From the IMG/VR virus record IMGVR_UViG_3300009296_000199: a stretch of DNA of 64,000 nucleotides. One strand, 5' to 3'. The position numbers and the translations under genes were made by a program. Under the pieces are notes generated by a model, which worked only from the letters and a program-made list of their open reading frames with translations, was not told the DNA's origin and did not search any database. This DNA is from a virus. Positions 8,844-18,270 of this stretch are shown piece by piece (position 1 is the first letter of the stretch; each line of letters starts with the position of its first letter).

Positions 8844-9653
8844 ATGCAGATGATATTTCGATTCGCGATCTTCATTTCCCTGGGGTCTCTGCCCAGCGCT
8901 TCCTGGGCTTTCCCGTACACGCTGACGGATGTGCAGACGGCAAACGTTCATGAGCATCTGCCGTTCGGCCTTCCCTCCACGGGCGAACTTCTCTTTCGGC
9001 AGGGCTACGTCGTCAGCCACAACAACTGGCTGAAGATTCCCAATTGGACCGCATACCATCTGACTAAAGAACATGTGCAGGGGAATATTCCGCGATCTAA
9101 TGATTTTAGGCCGGACCTTTCACTTAAGACCTATCAACGAGCAGAACTTGTTGATTATCGTGGGAGCGGCTATGACCGTGGCCACATCGCACCTGCTGCT
9201 GACATGCGGTACAGCACCACCGCCGTATCGGAAAGTTTTTTTCTGTCCAATATGACCCCGCAGGTCGGAGAAGGATTCAACCAGGGCATCTGGAAGGATA
9301 TTGAAGAGATGGTCCGTGATTGGGCCAAGGAGCGCGGAGAGGTTTGGGTCGTAGCAGGCCCTGCTTTTGAAGATACCGACAGAGTAATGTCTTTTAAGTT
9401 GCTCGGCCCACACCATGTCGCTGTCCCGACACATTTCTTTAAGATTGTTTTATCCAAGGATGCTGAGGGAACACTGCATGTCATTGCCTTTCTCTTGCCC
9501 AACCAAAAGCTGCCGACAAAAGACTTGCCCAAATTCATAACAACAATCAGAGATATCGAGGAAAAGACAGGGCTCGATTTTCTCAATGAACTAAATGATG
9601 GATTGGAGGAAGAACTGGAAACCAAGAAAGCACCCAACCTGTATTTCTGGTAG
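8844..9653 (+). CDS. secreted DNA/RNA non-specific endonuclease (NucA/EndA family)
   Basis: Signal-peptide-like N-terminus, YDRGHIAPAAD, SNMTPQ, FNQGIW, VPTHFFKIV. TATAAT at 8767-8772 upstream. Confidence 0.92.
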   Translation: MQMIFRFAIFISLGSLPSASWAFPYTLTDVQTANVHEHLPFGLPSTGELLFRQGYVVSHNNWLKIPNWTAYHLTKEHVQGNIPRSNDFRPDLSLKTYQRAELVDYRGSGYDRGHIAPAADMRYSTTAVSESFFLSNMTPQVGEGFNQGIWKDIEEMVRDWAKERGEVWVVAGPAFEDTDRVMSFKLLGPHHVAVPTHFFKIVLSKDAEGTLHVIAFLLPNQKLPTKDLPKFITTIRDIEEKTGLDFLNELNDGLEEELETKKAPNLYFW

Positions 9654-9672
9654 GGTATATCAGGAGGAGACG

Positions 9673-10095
9673 ATGCGATTAATAAAAACGACGGGGATTT
9701 GTTTTTGGATGCTAGTTCTGGGCGTTTCAGTCTGCGTGGCGCACAAAGGAAAAACTGATTCCTATGGCTGCCATAACAACCGGAAGATCGGGGATTATCA
9801 TTGCCATTCGGGCCTTCTTGTCGGGCAGGTTTTTGCCAACAAGGCGGAGATGCTGGCAGCCTTGAAGGGGAATGATGCAGGGGCTAAGACCAAGCCACAG
9901 GCTAGCCGATCTTCCCCATCACCTGTTCCAAGTCAGCAGCAGGAACAGTCTGTCATGTTCAATACCAAGTCCCTGAAGTATCATTCGCCAACTTGCCAAT
10001 GGGCCATTAAATGTACGAAGAACTGCATCTCTATTCCATTGTCTGAGGCAATCAATAGGGGAGGGATTCCCTGCAAGGTCTGCGGCGGACATTAG
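9673..10095 (+). CDS. exported YHYH-type / Ada-like metal-binding protein
   Basis: GGAGG RBS, signal peptide, HKGKTDSYGCH..YHCH, C-terminal KYHSPTC..C..PCKVC. Confidence 0.75.
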   Translation: MRLIKTTGICFWMLVLGVSVCVAHKGKTDSYGCHNNRKIGDYHCHSGLLVGQVFANKAEMLAALKGNDAGAKTKPQASRSSPSPVPSQQQEQSVMFNTKSLKYHSPTCQWAIKCTKNCISIPLSEAINRGGIPCKVCGGH

Positions 10096-10099
10096 GCAC

Positions 10100-10987
10100 T
10101 TAAGACGTCTGAGCGAAATCGACCGCCACGGCGTAGCGGATGATTTCAACACGAGGCAGGTGCTTACTGGCTCGCCTGACGTCAGTTGGTAGCTTTGCTG
10201 GACCGCCGTGGACGAGTATGCCACGGACCTTCTTGCCGATTACGCGGCCAGCCTTCCGCAAATATCCTCGTAGTTGCTTGAGGTCCGCAATCGTGGGCGT
10301 GTTCTGCTTGCACTCAACGATTACGGGATTGTCGTTCCTATCGATCAGCAAGACGTCACTTCGAGTTCCATCGGGAAAGACGTTCTCGCGCACCTTGAGC
10401 GAGGGGTACGGCTGTAGCCCATCCTCAAGGCGATGAGGGTAAGTTCCGAGGTAGTCCGAGATCGACTTCTCCAGGCTAAAAGCATGTGTGGAGATACTGA
10501 CCCAATTCCGCCGGTCACTAACCGCGGCGGAGATCTTCTTGAACATGTGCTTAGGCAATGCGCAGATCGTGGGCCTAACGAGGCCTGGAGTGAGTCGCGC
10601 TGATGCGGGCAGCTCTACAACAAGGTCCTGGTCGACCGGCCCATTCACCAGATCCCACCGCACGATGATAGATCGGCCCATTTCGCCAACGGGCTCTTGC
10701 CTGCTGACCGGCACGAGAGGTTGCCACTCTTTATCTCCGACCTCCTTGCGAATAACATCCCCGATGCGACCGACGCGACTCTTGTTGAGCTGAACTACAA
10801 TTTTATCGCCAACCTCTATCGCCTTAAGGGCATTCCGAACACGGCTCCAACCGGCGCGCTTGGACTTGCCCTCCATTCTATATCCCCACTGAGGAGGGAA
10901 TCCAACCGCCGCAACCTGGTGCTGAAAATACCGCCGCCACAAGCTGGGCCAGTGGTTCTCCATACAGTAAATCTTCCAGAATCTCAT
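10100..10987 (-). CDS. PUA/EVE-like reader fused to NucS-like PD-(D/E)XK nuclease
   Basis: N-terminal IEVGDKIVV..GRIGDV..IVRW; C-terminal ENVF..RSDVLLID..VIVECKQ..LKQLRGY. Confidence 0.75.
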   Translation of the reverse strand: MRFWKIYCMENHWPSLWRRYFQHQVAAVGFPPQWGYRMEGKSKRAGWSRVRNALKAIEVGDKIVVQLNKSRVGRIGDVIRKEVGDKEWQPLVPVSRQEPVGEMGRSIIVRWDLVNGPVDQDLVVELPASARLTPGLVRPTICALPKHMFKKISAAVSDRRNWVSISTHAFSLEKSISDYLGTYPHRLEDGLQPYPSLKVRENVFPDGTRSDVLLIDRNDNPVIVECKQNTPTIADLKQLRGYLRKAGRVIGKKVRGILVHGGPAKLPTDVRRASKHLPRVEIIRYAVAVDFAQTS

Positions 10988-11301
10988 TTCTCTGGGGCCC
11001 TTAATCGGTTTGGATTTAACGCAAAAATGGATGCCAGCGCAATTCCGACGGTAGCAACGTTTATCACCGACCAGATTTCTCTGGTCAAATGGATTCGGAT
11101 GATTGGGTTATATAAGGCCGCGGTAATTCCCAGAATCCATACCCATCGCTCATTGCCGGCATCCTTTGCTCTGAAGGCTAGATAAGCAAACGTCAAACAG
11201 CATGCCCAGCGGAGGAGCACGTAATATCCGTATGGATGGCGTCCGAGCGCCAAGACTAGTAATAACGAAATGATGACCTGAGGAATCCAGAGCCTTTTCA
11301 T
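10984..11301 (-). CDS. small membrane protein (DUF6804-like)
   Basis: HPYGYYVLLRW..LYNPIIRIHLTREIWSVINV; 3-4 hydrophobic segments; ATGA overlaps. Confidence 0.75.
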   Translation of the reverse strand: MKRLWIPQVIISLLLVLALGRHPYGYYVLLRWACCLTFAYLAFRAKDAGNERWVWILGITAALYNPIIRIHLTREIWSVINVATVGIALASIFALNPNRLRAPEK

Positions 11302-12572
11302 GTTGCGGCAGTCTTCCCGCGTCTGCCGCGAAAGTACCAGGCCGCTACGATGCCTAGTAAAAGCAGAAGAGCTCCTGGCCAGAGGCTTTTCAATATCGCT
11401 GAGCGCAGTTGGCGAATATGCTGCTTGATGAACATATCCGTAAACCGATATTGGTCGAATTTCAGGAGAATTCGATCCTGCGGCGAAACAATATGATAAG
11501 TCAGGATTCCTTCTTTTTTGTCGGGGCCGCTTGCGCATAGTTCGCGAGCTAATTTCCAGGCACCGATAGCTTTCCAATACCGCCCCACATGCTCAAGACT
11601 GACTGCGTAGCTCGCCGGAATCCTGGCATCGCGCAAAACGCGGCCCTGCTGTAAAAGTTTTGAGCCTTCTTCCACCGCTTCATCATAACGGCCAAGTTCT
11701 CGAAGAACTCTTTGATGTAATAGTTGCGCTTCAACTCCATAGCCAGAGAGCCCTTTGGAATCCTTATCGACTAATAAAATCGCCTTTTCGTTCTCGGACA
11801 GCGCGCTATCATACTCCTCGTGATCTTCGCGCCAGTTCGTAATTGAGTTATGGAGAAAGATGTCGGATTTTATGTCCGTAGTCGAAGCCACGAACCAGAA
11901 CCAGTACTTCTGCTTCGCTGTATCAGGCGGCATCTTTTTGACGCGCTGCTCGAAGGTTAGCGGAAGGAGGCTCTCAATTTCCTTCAACTCGTTTTTATCT
12001 CCATCAGCGATTTTCTCATACTCTTCAGGTCCAGGCTTCGGCGGAATGCCTTTAATTGTTTCCATATTCCACTCGACCTTGTCAGATTGATTTTGGCCAG
12101 TTTGAAAATAAAACGATGCAGTGCTTCGTGGAGCGATGTTGATTTTCTGATCAAACTTACGCGAATCCTTCCCGACTGTTACAACAAATCGCACATTGCG
12201 GACATCCCACTTGCTCCCGTTGTAGAGAGTTCCAGAGAAACTTCCAGAGTTCAGCCCGCCGTTGCCGGTTACCTTCGAGGAGGCATGCGAAGATAGGTCT
12301 ACAGCAAAAGAATCTTCTCCATCCTGTTTTAGCTGAACGAGCCGATAGATGCAAAACGCGATAAGCGCGATGCTGAGAGGCAGGCCAAGAACTATTTTTA
12401 GAATTGAGGATCGTTGTCCGGCATAGCGATCCGATAGAAAAATAAATACCCATAAGAAAAGCGCGGCCAAGCTTCCTATGAACCACGCCCCATTGTCCGT
12501 CCCTTTCGCGGCACAAGCTGCCGAAAGGACGGCTGTGAATAACGAGTAAGCGATGAATTGATTTTTATTCAT
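11298..12572 (-). CDS. membrane protein with FxLYD-like and TPR-like regions
   Basis: Three N-terminal TM segments, FSGTLYNGSKWDVRNV (FxLYD-like), helical TPR-like part, C-terminal TM plus basic tail. Confidence 0.65.
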   Translation of the reverse strand: MNKNQFIAYSLFTAVLSAACAAKGTDNGAWFIGSLAALFLWVFIFLSDRYAGQRSSILKIVLGLPLSIALIAFCIYRLVQLKQDGEDSFAVDLSSHASSKVTGNGGLNSGSFSGTLYNGSKWDVRNVRFVVTVGKDSRKFDQKINIAPRSTASFYFQTGQNQSDKVEWNMETIKGIPPKPGPEEYEKIADGDKNELKEIESLLPLTFEQRVKKMPPDTAKQKYWFWFVASTTDIKSDIFLHNSITNWREDHEEYDSALSENEKAILLVDKDSKGLSGYGVEAQLLHQRVLRELGRYDEAVEEGSKLLQQGRVLRDARIPASYAVSLEHVGRYWKAIGAWKLARELCASGPDKKEGILTYHIVSPQDRILLKFDQYRFTDMFIKQHIRQLRSAILKSLWPGALLLLLGIVAAWYFRGRRGKTAAT

Positions 12573-13780
12573 TTTGTTTTAGTGATATGTGGTTCTACTG
12601 TCTCGATAACCTGAATTTTGCGGAGCGCTTCTAAATCCCTCACCTTCTGAAGGACATGATTGTTCCGGAGAAATTCCATATCAGGATCGGTTTGCGCCCA
12701 ATCCCAGTCAAACTCGTGTTTCTTCTTTACTGCGAGTTTTAGAAAGCTTTCCGCCTGTTGTCCCGCACTGCTATCGCCATTTGCCGCCTTCAACGAATAG
12801 AAGCAGGCCACGTTGTAGCAATCGCCACCTTTTCCGGCGGCGCAGGATTCCTCGAGTTTCTTGGCTCGAATATACTTTTCGAGTAACGCTAAGCCTTCTG
12901 CTCGTTTGCCTGAATGGAACAGGGCGCTTCCATAATCGGAGCACATCCTGAGGCTGCGCTCGTTGCAGAACTCGGCAAAGACGACCGCGGCTTCCGCATA
13001 TTGTTTCAGGGCAAAAAAGGTCTTTCCCTTGAAATAGCAGGCTCCCGTATTCGGCTTATCTTTGATTTTCGTTTGGCATAGTTCGTAAAAAGTGCCCCGG
13101 ACCGATTTCATATCCTGCTTGGTGTCGATTAGGAGGTCGTAAAGTTCCACGCAACGATCCCCTTCGAGCTTGCACTTCTCAAGAAAGAAATCCTTCTGGG
13201 GTCGTCGCTCACCTTTGGATGTGAAATAGCTGCTTTGATTCGGGATCGGGTACTTTCGCTCTGGCGTAAAAAATTCGTGTGCAATTAGCCGGCCATCCTG
13301 ATCCCAGGTGGACCATTCTCCAGCCTGATTCCCAGCCCTAAATGACCCTTTGCTCTCTTTCTTCCCATCGGAATGAAAAAATTCCCAAGAGCCAACTCTT
13401 TTTCCGTGGTCGTATGTCCCGCTCGCAATGATGTGGCCAGTATTCTCGTCGCAGTCATGCGAAATGCCGTCGGCAACCCAGTGTTCCGATGCATCTAGGA
13501 CGTATTTCTTCGTGCAATCAGCCTTAACTTCGCCCTTAAATATCTTCGTATCGCTGCGGTCGTCCTTGGTTCGTATCGAGCACCACTGGGCTAGCGGGTT
13601 CTGGCCCGATTCTCCAACTAGAACTCCTCCAGGAGGACAATCTCGAATTCCAGCTTTGAATAGGGCATTTTGCAGGCTCGATGGAAGATAGTTGGACGAG
13701 CAACCTGATAGCCCCGCTAAAGTGACGGCTAAAAACAGGCATGACGTAATTCGATAGCTTTTAAATTGGCGTAGGTTCAT
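12569..13780 (-). CDS. lipoprotein with MORN-variant repeats and Sel1/TPR-like repeats
   Basis: Lipobox LSGC; GTYDHGKRVGSWEFFHSDGKKESKGSFRAGNQAGEWSTWDQDG; repeated ACY/CYN helices. Confidence 0.7.
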   Translation of the reverse strand: MNLRQFKSYRITSCLFLAVTLAGLSGCSSNYLPSSLQNALFKAGIRDCPPGGVLVGESGQNPLAQWCSIRTKDDRSDTKIFKGEVKADCTKKYVLDASEHWVADGISHDCDENTGHIIASGTYDHGKRVGSWEFFHSDGKKESKGSFRAGNQAGEWSTWDQDGRLIAHEFFTPERKYPIPNQSSYFTSKGERRPQKDFFLEKCKLEGDRCVELYDLLIDTKQDMKSVRGTFYELCQTKIKDKPNTGACYFKGKTFFALKQYAEAAVVFAEFCNERSLRMCSDYGSALFHSGKRAEGLALLEKYIRAKKLEESCAAGKGGDCYNVACFYSLKAANGDSSAGQQAESFLKLAVKKKHEFDWDWAQTDPDMEFLRNNHVLQKVRDLEALRKIQVIETVEPHITKTK

Positions 13781-13787
13781 GATCTGA

Positions 13788-15358
13788 CTATTTGCCTCGT
13801 TCCTCGAAGGACCGATACCGTTGTTCGTCCTTCTTGCTTACCGAAGGTGGGACGCCGCGGCTGGCCTCCATTAGTATCTCGGATGAAATAGGTACTCCTC
13901 GTCCAAGTGCTAACCGAGCCGCTTCGTCAACTAAGAATTTAATATCACTGGCAGAATACCCTTCAAGCACGAGCGCTACGGAAGCTGGGGCCAATTCCTT
14001 TTCGAATGGTCGGTCCTTAAGGTGGAGGCGGAGCATCTCGGTTCGCGCTTCGGCATCAGGAGGACCGACATAGACCAGTTTATCCAGGCGTCCTGTGCGT
14101 CGAATTGCCGGGTCTATCTTGTTGGGCTCGTTAGACGCAGCGATTATGAAGACTTTTTTTTCCGAGCAGGAATTCAGCTGAGCTAGAAACTCGTTTACTT
14201 CCTCAGACTTATATTGCTGGTGGCCACCTAGGTCCGCACGGGAGGGCACTAGGGCCTCAAATTCATCGATAAAGACGATGGACGGTGCTCGCTCAATAGC
14301 GGTCTCGAACAGGTCGTGGATACGCAGAACGCTTTCGTGAATGTGGATACCTGCTACCTGCGAGGGGATGATTTCCACAAAGTAGTAGCCGAGTTCCTCC
14401 GCGAGTTGGCGGGCGATGTAGGTCTTCCCGCAGCCAGGGGGCCGTACAGAAGAATCCCATTAGGAATCGTCAATCCATAGCGCTTGAAAGGCTCTGGATC
14501 GCGCAGAGGTTTTAGAATGTCTCGTTCTAGGAGGGCTTTAAGTGTTTGCATTCCAGCAACTTTCGCAAGACCTTTTGTCGTTGCCTTGCCAGACTGTTTT
14601 TTCTTCTTTGAGGCCGGAACCCCTTTGGGAGTCGCTTCCCCATCAGTGGTAAGTTGTTGCCGTAAGTCATCGATGGAAGTTATTCCATCAGAACTCGTCG
14701 GAGCCAAGCATCGTCCGATTAGCGACGACAGTCGTGCTCCTGCCGTCTTGCACCAGCGATTTAGCGGCTTGAGATCGCGGGCCGGGGTTTCTGATAGGTC
14801 GATGCCTGTCGCGATCCAATAGAAGACGATGGCAAGTTGTCGGATACTGCCATCATCCGGTGCGTTAGCATTGTTGGACGCGATGAGCGGGATGATTCTG
14901 GTCTCTCCCCCTTGGAAGGATTTCCAGAGAAGCGATGGCACCAGATTCGGCACTAATTCGGAATCAGCGGCAAGCACGGAAACGTTGACTAGAGTACCAA
15001 GAAGGGAAAAGAGGACCTGCTCCTCGATCTCTTCGCCATTTCTTATACCCATCCATTCGCCGGCGATCTTAACGACGGCCTCGAAGCGTTTAGCCCCTGA
15101 TGAACTGAGGCTGAATGGGCGCTTGATTTCAATCGTTGGCCCAAGCTTCTCCCACCAGTCAGCAAGTTGTTGGCTATGGGTAGATTGTTTGTCGCCTGTA
15201 CCTGGCAGAACGACGAGTGCAATGGTGACTTGTTCGGTTTGCTCAAGAAGATAGACTTCAAACAAACTGTCGATGTGCAGAGCTTTGATCACTGCCGGAA
15301 AATCAGGAATGGCTGTTCCTGCTGGAAGGCTAGGTCTGCGCGCGATAGGATTCATCAT
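13788..15358 (-). pseudogene. kinase-like + AAA+ ATPase fusion, frameshifted in Walker A
   Basis: ORF 14354-15358 ends GILLYGP then shifts frame. One extra C in the C5 run (G5 at 14437-14441) restores GPPGCGKTY and joins ORF 13788-14378 (IVFIDEFEAL Walker B, RTGRLDK arginine finger). Confidence 0.85.
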
Positions 15359-17883
15359 TAGAACTTGCTCAAGCCCGAGCGCAGGGCTTTCTCCTGTTCG
15401 GCTTGCGCCTGAGTTGGAGTTTGCAGTTTCCAGAGCTGCCGAACGCTCTCACGTAACCCTTCGCCGTCTCCTTGTTTCACTGCAGCATTCCCCTTATCAA
15501 TCCAGCGCTTTGCTTCGGTATCGTTGAGGTAGCTGCAGTCGGGTTGCTGCATAGACTCGAATACTTCTTTCCAAAACCAGTCTTGTTTAAAGAGTACACG
15601 CCATCGAAGAGCATCCACCGCAGCATTGATTTTTTGCAGTCCGCGTTCATCGTCTTTCTGAACCGCGCGCTCTAAATCTCTTTTTAGAATTTCTAGTTCC
15701 TTCTTCTCGAGGCCAGAGCCATAACGTCCGACGACGCGGGTTGCGTTGGCTACCGCGTTCTCAATCTCGGTAGCAAAAGCGGTCTTTTCGTGTTCGACGC
15801 CAGCATTTTTTTCGAGCTGAGAGATTTTTATGCGGATTCGGCGTGATTGTTCAACGATGCGCTTGTCCTTGTCTGGATCACCAGCATCGCCCGAGGTCCC
15901 TGCTGGGGGCTGTTCCTGCGATAACGTCTCAATCTCCTTGCGAAGCTCCTGGATTTCTTCGTGGCCGCTGCCGTCGCCGTCAGGGGAAATTCGTTTTTCC
16001 AGTTCCCCGAGTCGCTCATTGTGAGTGTCCAACTCGGAGCCAACTGTTCGGGCGAGATGAGTATAGTCCTGCTCGTCTCGTTGAGGTACATAGACGTGAT
16101 CTGTGAAGTGATGGTTGAGGTGCGGAACAAATGCGTCTACTGTGATATGCCGCGAGGCGTCTATAGAAATTAGGAGTTCAATCTCGGAACCTTCCGGTAT
16201 GGTTCTCTTGATATCTTCTGACGTGATCAGCATCTTCCCAACCCAAACGTTTGCCTCGGGATCGGAAAATTCTTCGCCTTCCCATAGCTTGATTATTAGA
16301 GCGCCACCAGGTTCATTGGGTGCCAACGTGTGGCTTGCGCGATATTTTTTGACCTGTTTGCTGGGCAGTGGAGTGCTTCTTGTGAAGACTGGCTCAAGAA
16401 TGGGCTTGCCATTGGCACCTGTTATCTCAACAGAGATGGTATGCGGCAGTGGCGGCGCTGAGACGACTAGCCCATGACGGATGCTGAATTCACCAGGCTC
16501 AATATCTAGCAACTGGCCGGTTTTGTCTCGAGCATAGATCCAGTAGCGTGTTAGCTTGCCTTCTTGCAGCGCGGCGGTGACATCGAAAAGCTCGTCGTTA
16601 AGGGCCATCCATCCGCTAGTCCAGAATCCGTCTTCAGAGTCGATCTTAATTTCATGTGCGCGCGCAGCGTCACCATGTTCGACCCTGCCGGAAACGGGGC
16701 ACTGTAGCGAAGAGCTAACTGATTCAAATGCCAGTTGGACTTGGAGCTTCCCTGGGGGTGCTGGCGCTTTTGTTGTGGCTACTCGTTCTATTGATGCCGC
16801 AAAGAGGGCTGCTCCGCGGGCTACGACGGTCATAGGGTCTAGTGAGTAATCCACATGCTTGCTGATCTGCTCGACGAGTGCCTTCCGAATCAGAGGACTT
16901 TGGGTCGGTCCTCCTACAAGCAGAATCCGATCCAAGTCAGCGGCGGCGAGTCGCGCTCCGTTTATTGCATCCTTTGTGAGTCTAAGGCACTCGTCGACCA
17001 GCGACTGCATGGTTCGCTCAAGCTGGGTACGAGACAACTGAACTTCGCCCTCTAGGGGGGTGCCAGCCGTATCTTCGCCAAGGTCGACGAGGTTGATGAT
17101 AACCTTCGTTCCTGTGCTGAGCTCGATCTTTGCTTCTTCGGCCTTCGCTGCAAGGCGTCGAAGAAGTCGCTTATAATCGTCCGGCTGCTTGGTCGGATCG
17201 GGAAGCAGAAAATCCTTTGCGAGTGCAGGCAGTAGGAACTCTTCTGCAATTTTTCGATCAATGTCCTTGCCACCCAGTAGATTATTCCCACGATGCTCTA
17301 GGACAGTGAGTCTTCCGTTTCGCGTAGAGACGATGGCTACATCAAGAGTGCCGCCGCCCAAATCAAAAACCAACCAGCGCTGGTCTTTGTATCCTGGAGT
17401 GGCTCCATACGCGATCGCAGCGGCGATCGGCTCCTGCAAGAGCGGGCTCTCCTCGAGGCCCGCTAAACGGGCTGCCCGCGCAGTCGCTTCGCACTGTAGG
17501 GCACCGAATGCCGCAGGGACCGTTACAGCCGCGGCTCTAATCTCTGAACCAGACTGTCTCTGAGCATTTTCACAGAGAGATTTTAATACCTCGGCAGAAA
17601 GTTCTTCAGCCGACATGGTACGAGCAGCTACGGGGAAACTTGCTGTGCTTTTCTGTCCCATCCAGCGTTTGAACTCAATAGCGATATTGTCAGGATCGAC
17701 GGATATAGCTGTATAGGCGCGCTGGCCAACAATGATACGGCCTGACTTGAGCAGGCGTACAGCCGAAGGCGTGACGTTCATCTGTTCGTTATTGGTGAAA
17801 ATCCGGATATGCGCCCCCTCGCATTTCGCGATGCAGGAATTCGTGGTGCCGAGGTCGATCCCGACTTCGATGAATTGAGTCAT
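15358..17883 (-). CDS. non-canonical Hsp70 (DnaK-like) family protein, 841 aa
   Basis: GIDLGTTNSC, EPIAAAIAYG, VFDLGGGTLDV, LLVGGPTQSP. About 100 extra aa precede a divergent substrate-binding region; long helical C-terminus. Confidence 0.92.
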   Translation of the reverse strand: MTQFIEVGIDLGTTNSCIAKCEGAHIRIFTNNEQMNVTPSAVRLLKSGRIIVGQRAYTAISVDPDNIAIEFKRWMGQKSTASFPVAARTMSAEELSAEVLKSLCENAQRQSGSEIRAAAVTVPAAFGALQCEATARAARLAGLEESPLLQEPIAAAIAYGATPGYKDQRWLVFDLGGGTLDVAIVSTRNGRLTVLEHRGNNLLGGKDIDRKIAEEFLLPALAKDFLLPDPTKQPDDYKRLLRRLAAKAEEAKIELSTGTKVIINLVDLGEDTAGTPLEGEVQLSRTQLERTMQSLVDECLRLTKDAINGARLAAADLDRILLVGGPTQSPLIRKALVEQISKHVDYSLDPMTVVARGAALFAASIERVATTKAPAPPGKLQVQLAFESVSSSLQCPVSGRVEHGDAARAHEIKIDSEDGFWTSGWMALNDELFDVTAALQEGKLTRYWIYARDKTGQLLDIEPGEFSIRHGLVVSAPPLPHTISVEITGANGKPILEPVFTRSTPLPSKQVKKYRASHTLAPNEPGGALIIKLWEGEEFSDPEANVWVGKMLITSEDIKRTIPEGSEIELLISIDASRHITVDAFVPHLNHHFTDHVYVPQRDEQDYTHLARTVGSELDTHNERLGELEKRISPDGDGSGHEEIQELRKEIETLSQEQPPAGTSGDAGDPDKDKRIVEQSRRIRIKISQLEKNAGVEHEKTAFATEIENAVANATRVVGRYGSGLEKKELEILKRDLERAVQKDDERGLQKINAAVDALRWRVLFKQDWFWKEVFESMQQPDCSYLNDTEAKRWIDKGNAAVKQGDGEGLRESVRQLWKLQTPTQAQAEQEKALRSGLSKF

Positions 17884-18269
17884 GGCTTAGAGCCCTCTCT
17901 GTCCGTTCTTTCGGCTGTTCCCGCTCCCCGACGGATGATAACTTTGGCATGCCGCACCACGTTGTTGCGCCACAAAACAATGGGAGAAAGGACCTCATCG
18001 ACAACAGACGTTCCTTCGGGAAGATTGGGGTCATCAAGCGTGTCTGCTATCTCGACTGGCAGCCCAGCCTCGTAATCCCTTCCGGTGATATCTGAAATGG
18101 AAATCTCACGCTCGGTAAGAAAAGTGTCCAAGCGCCTGGCAGTCTGCCGCGGGATGGCCCTAGTTCGATCGGTCTCCGAGGCTGCCAACCATCGGTTCAG
18201 TCTCCAAGATTCAATTGCGAGCTCGATTAGGGCATTCAACGGAAGCTCGATCATGTTTGGTGGTGGCAT
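17880..18269 (-). CDS. GrpE-like protein
   Basis: Helical N-part then ITGRDYEAGLPVEI..VVDEVLSPIVLWRNNVVRHAKVII (GrpE beta-domain pattern); ATGA-coupled to Hsp70. Confidence 0.7.
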   Translation of the reverse strand: MPPPNMIELPLNALIELAIESWRLNRWLAASETDRTRAIPRQTARRLDTFLTEREISISDITGRDYEAGLPVEIADTLDDPNLPEGTSVVDEVLSPIVLWRNNVVRHAKVIIRRGAGTAERTDREGSKP

Positions 18270-18270
18270 C

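Noticed and set aside
15358-18269. Housekeeping dnaK-grpE locus
   Set aside because: Hsp70 is about 200 aa too long with a divergent linker, the GrpE-like protein is short, there is no HPD-containing DnaJ or hrcA, and the context is prophage cargo; gene symbols withheld.
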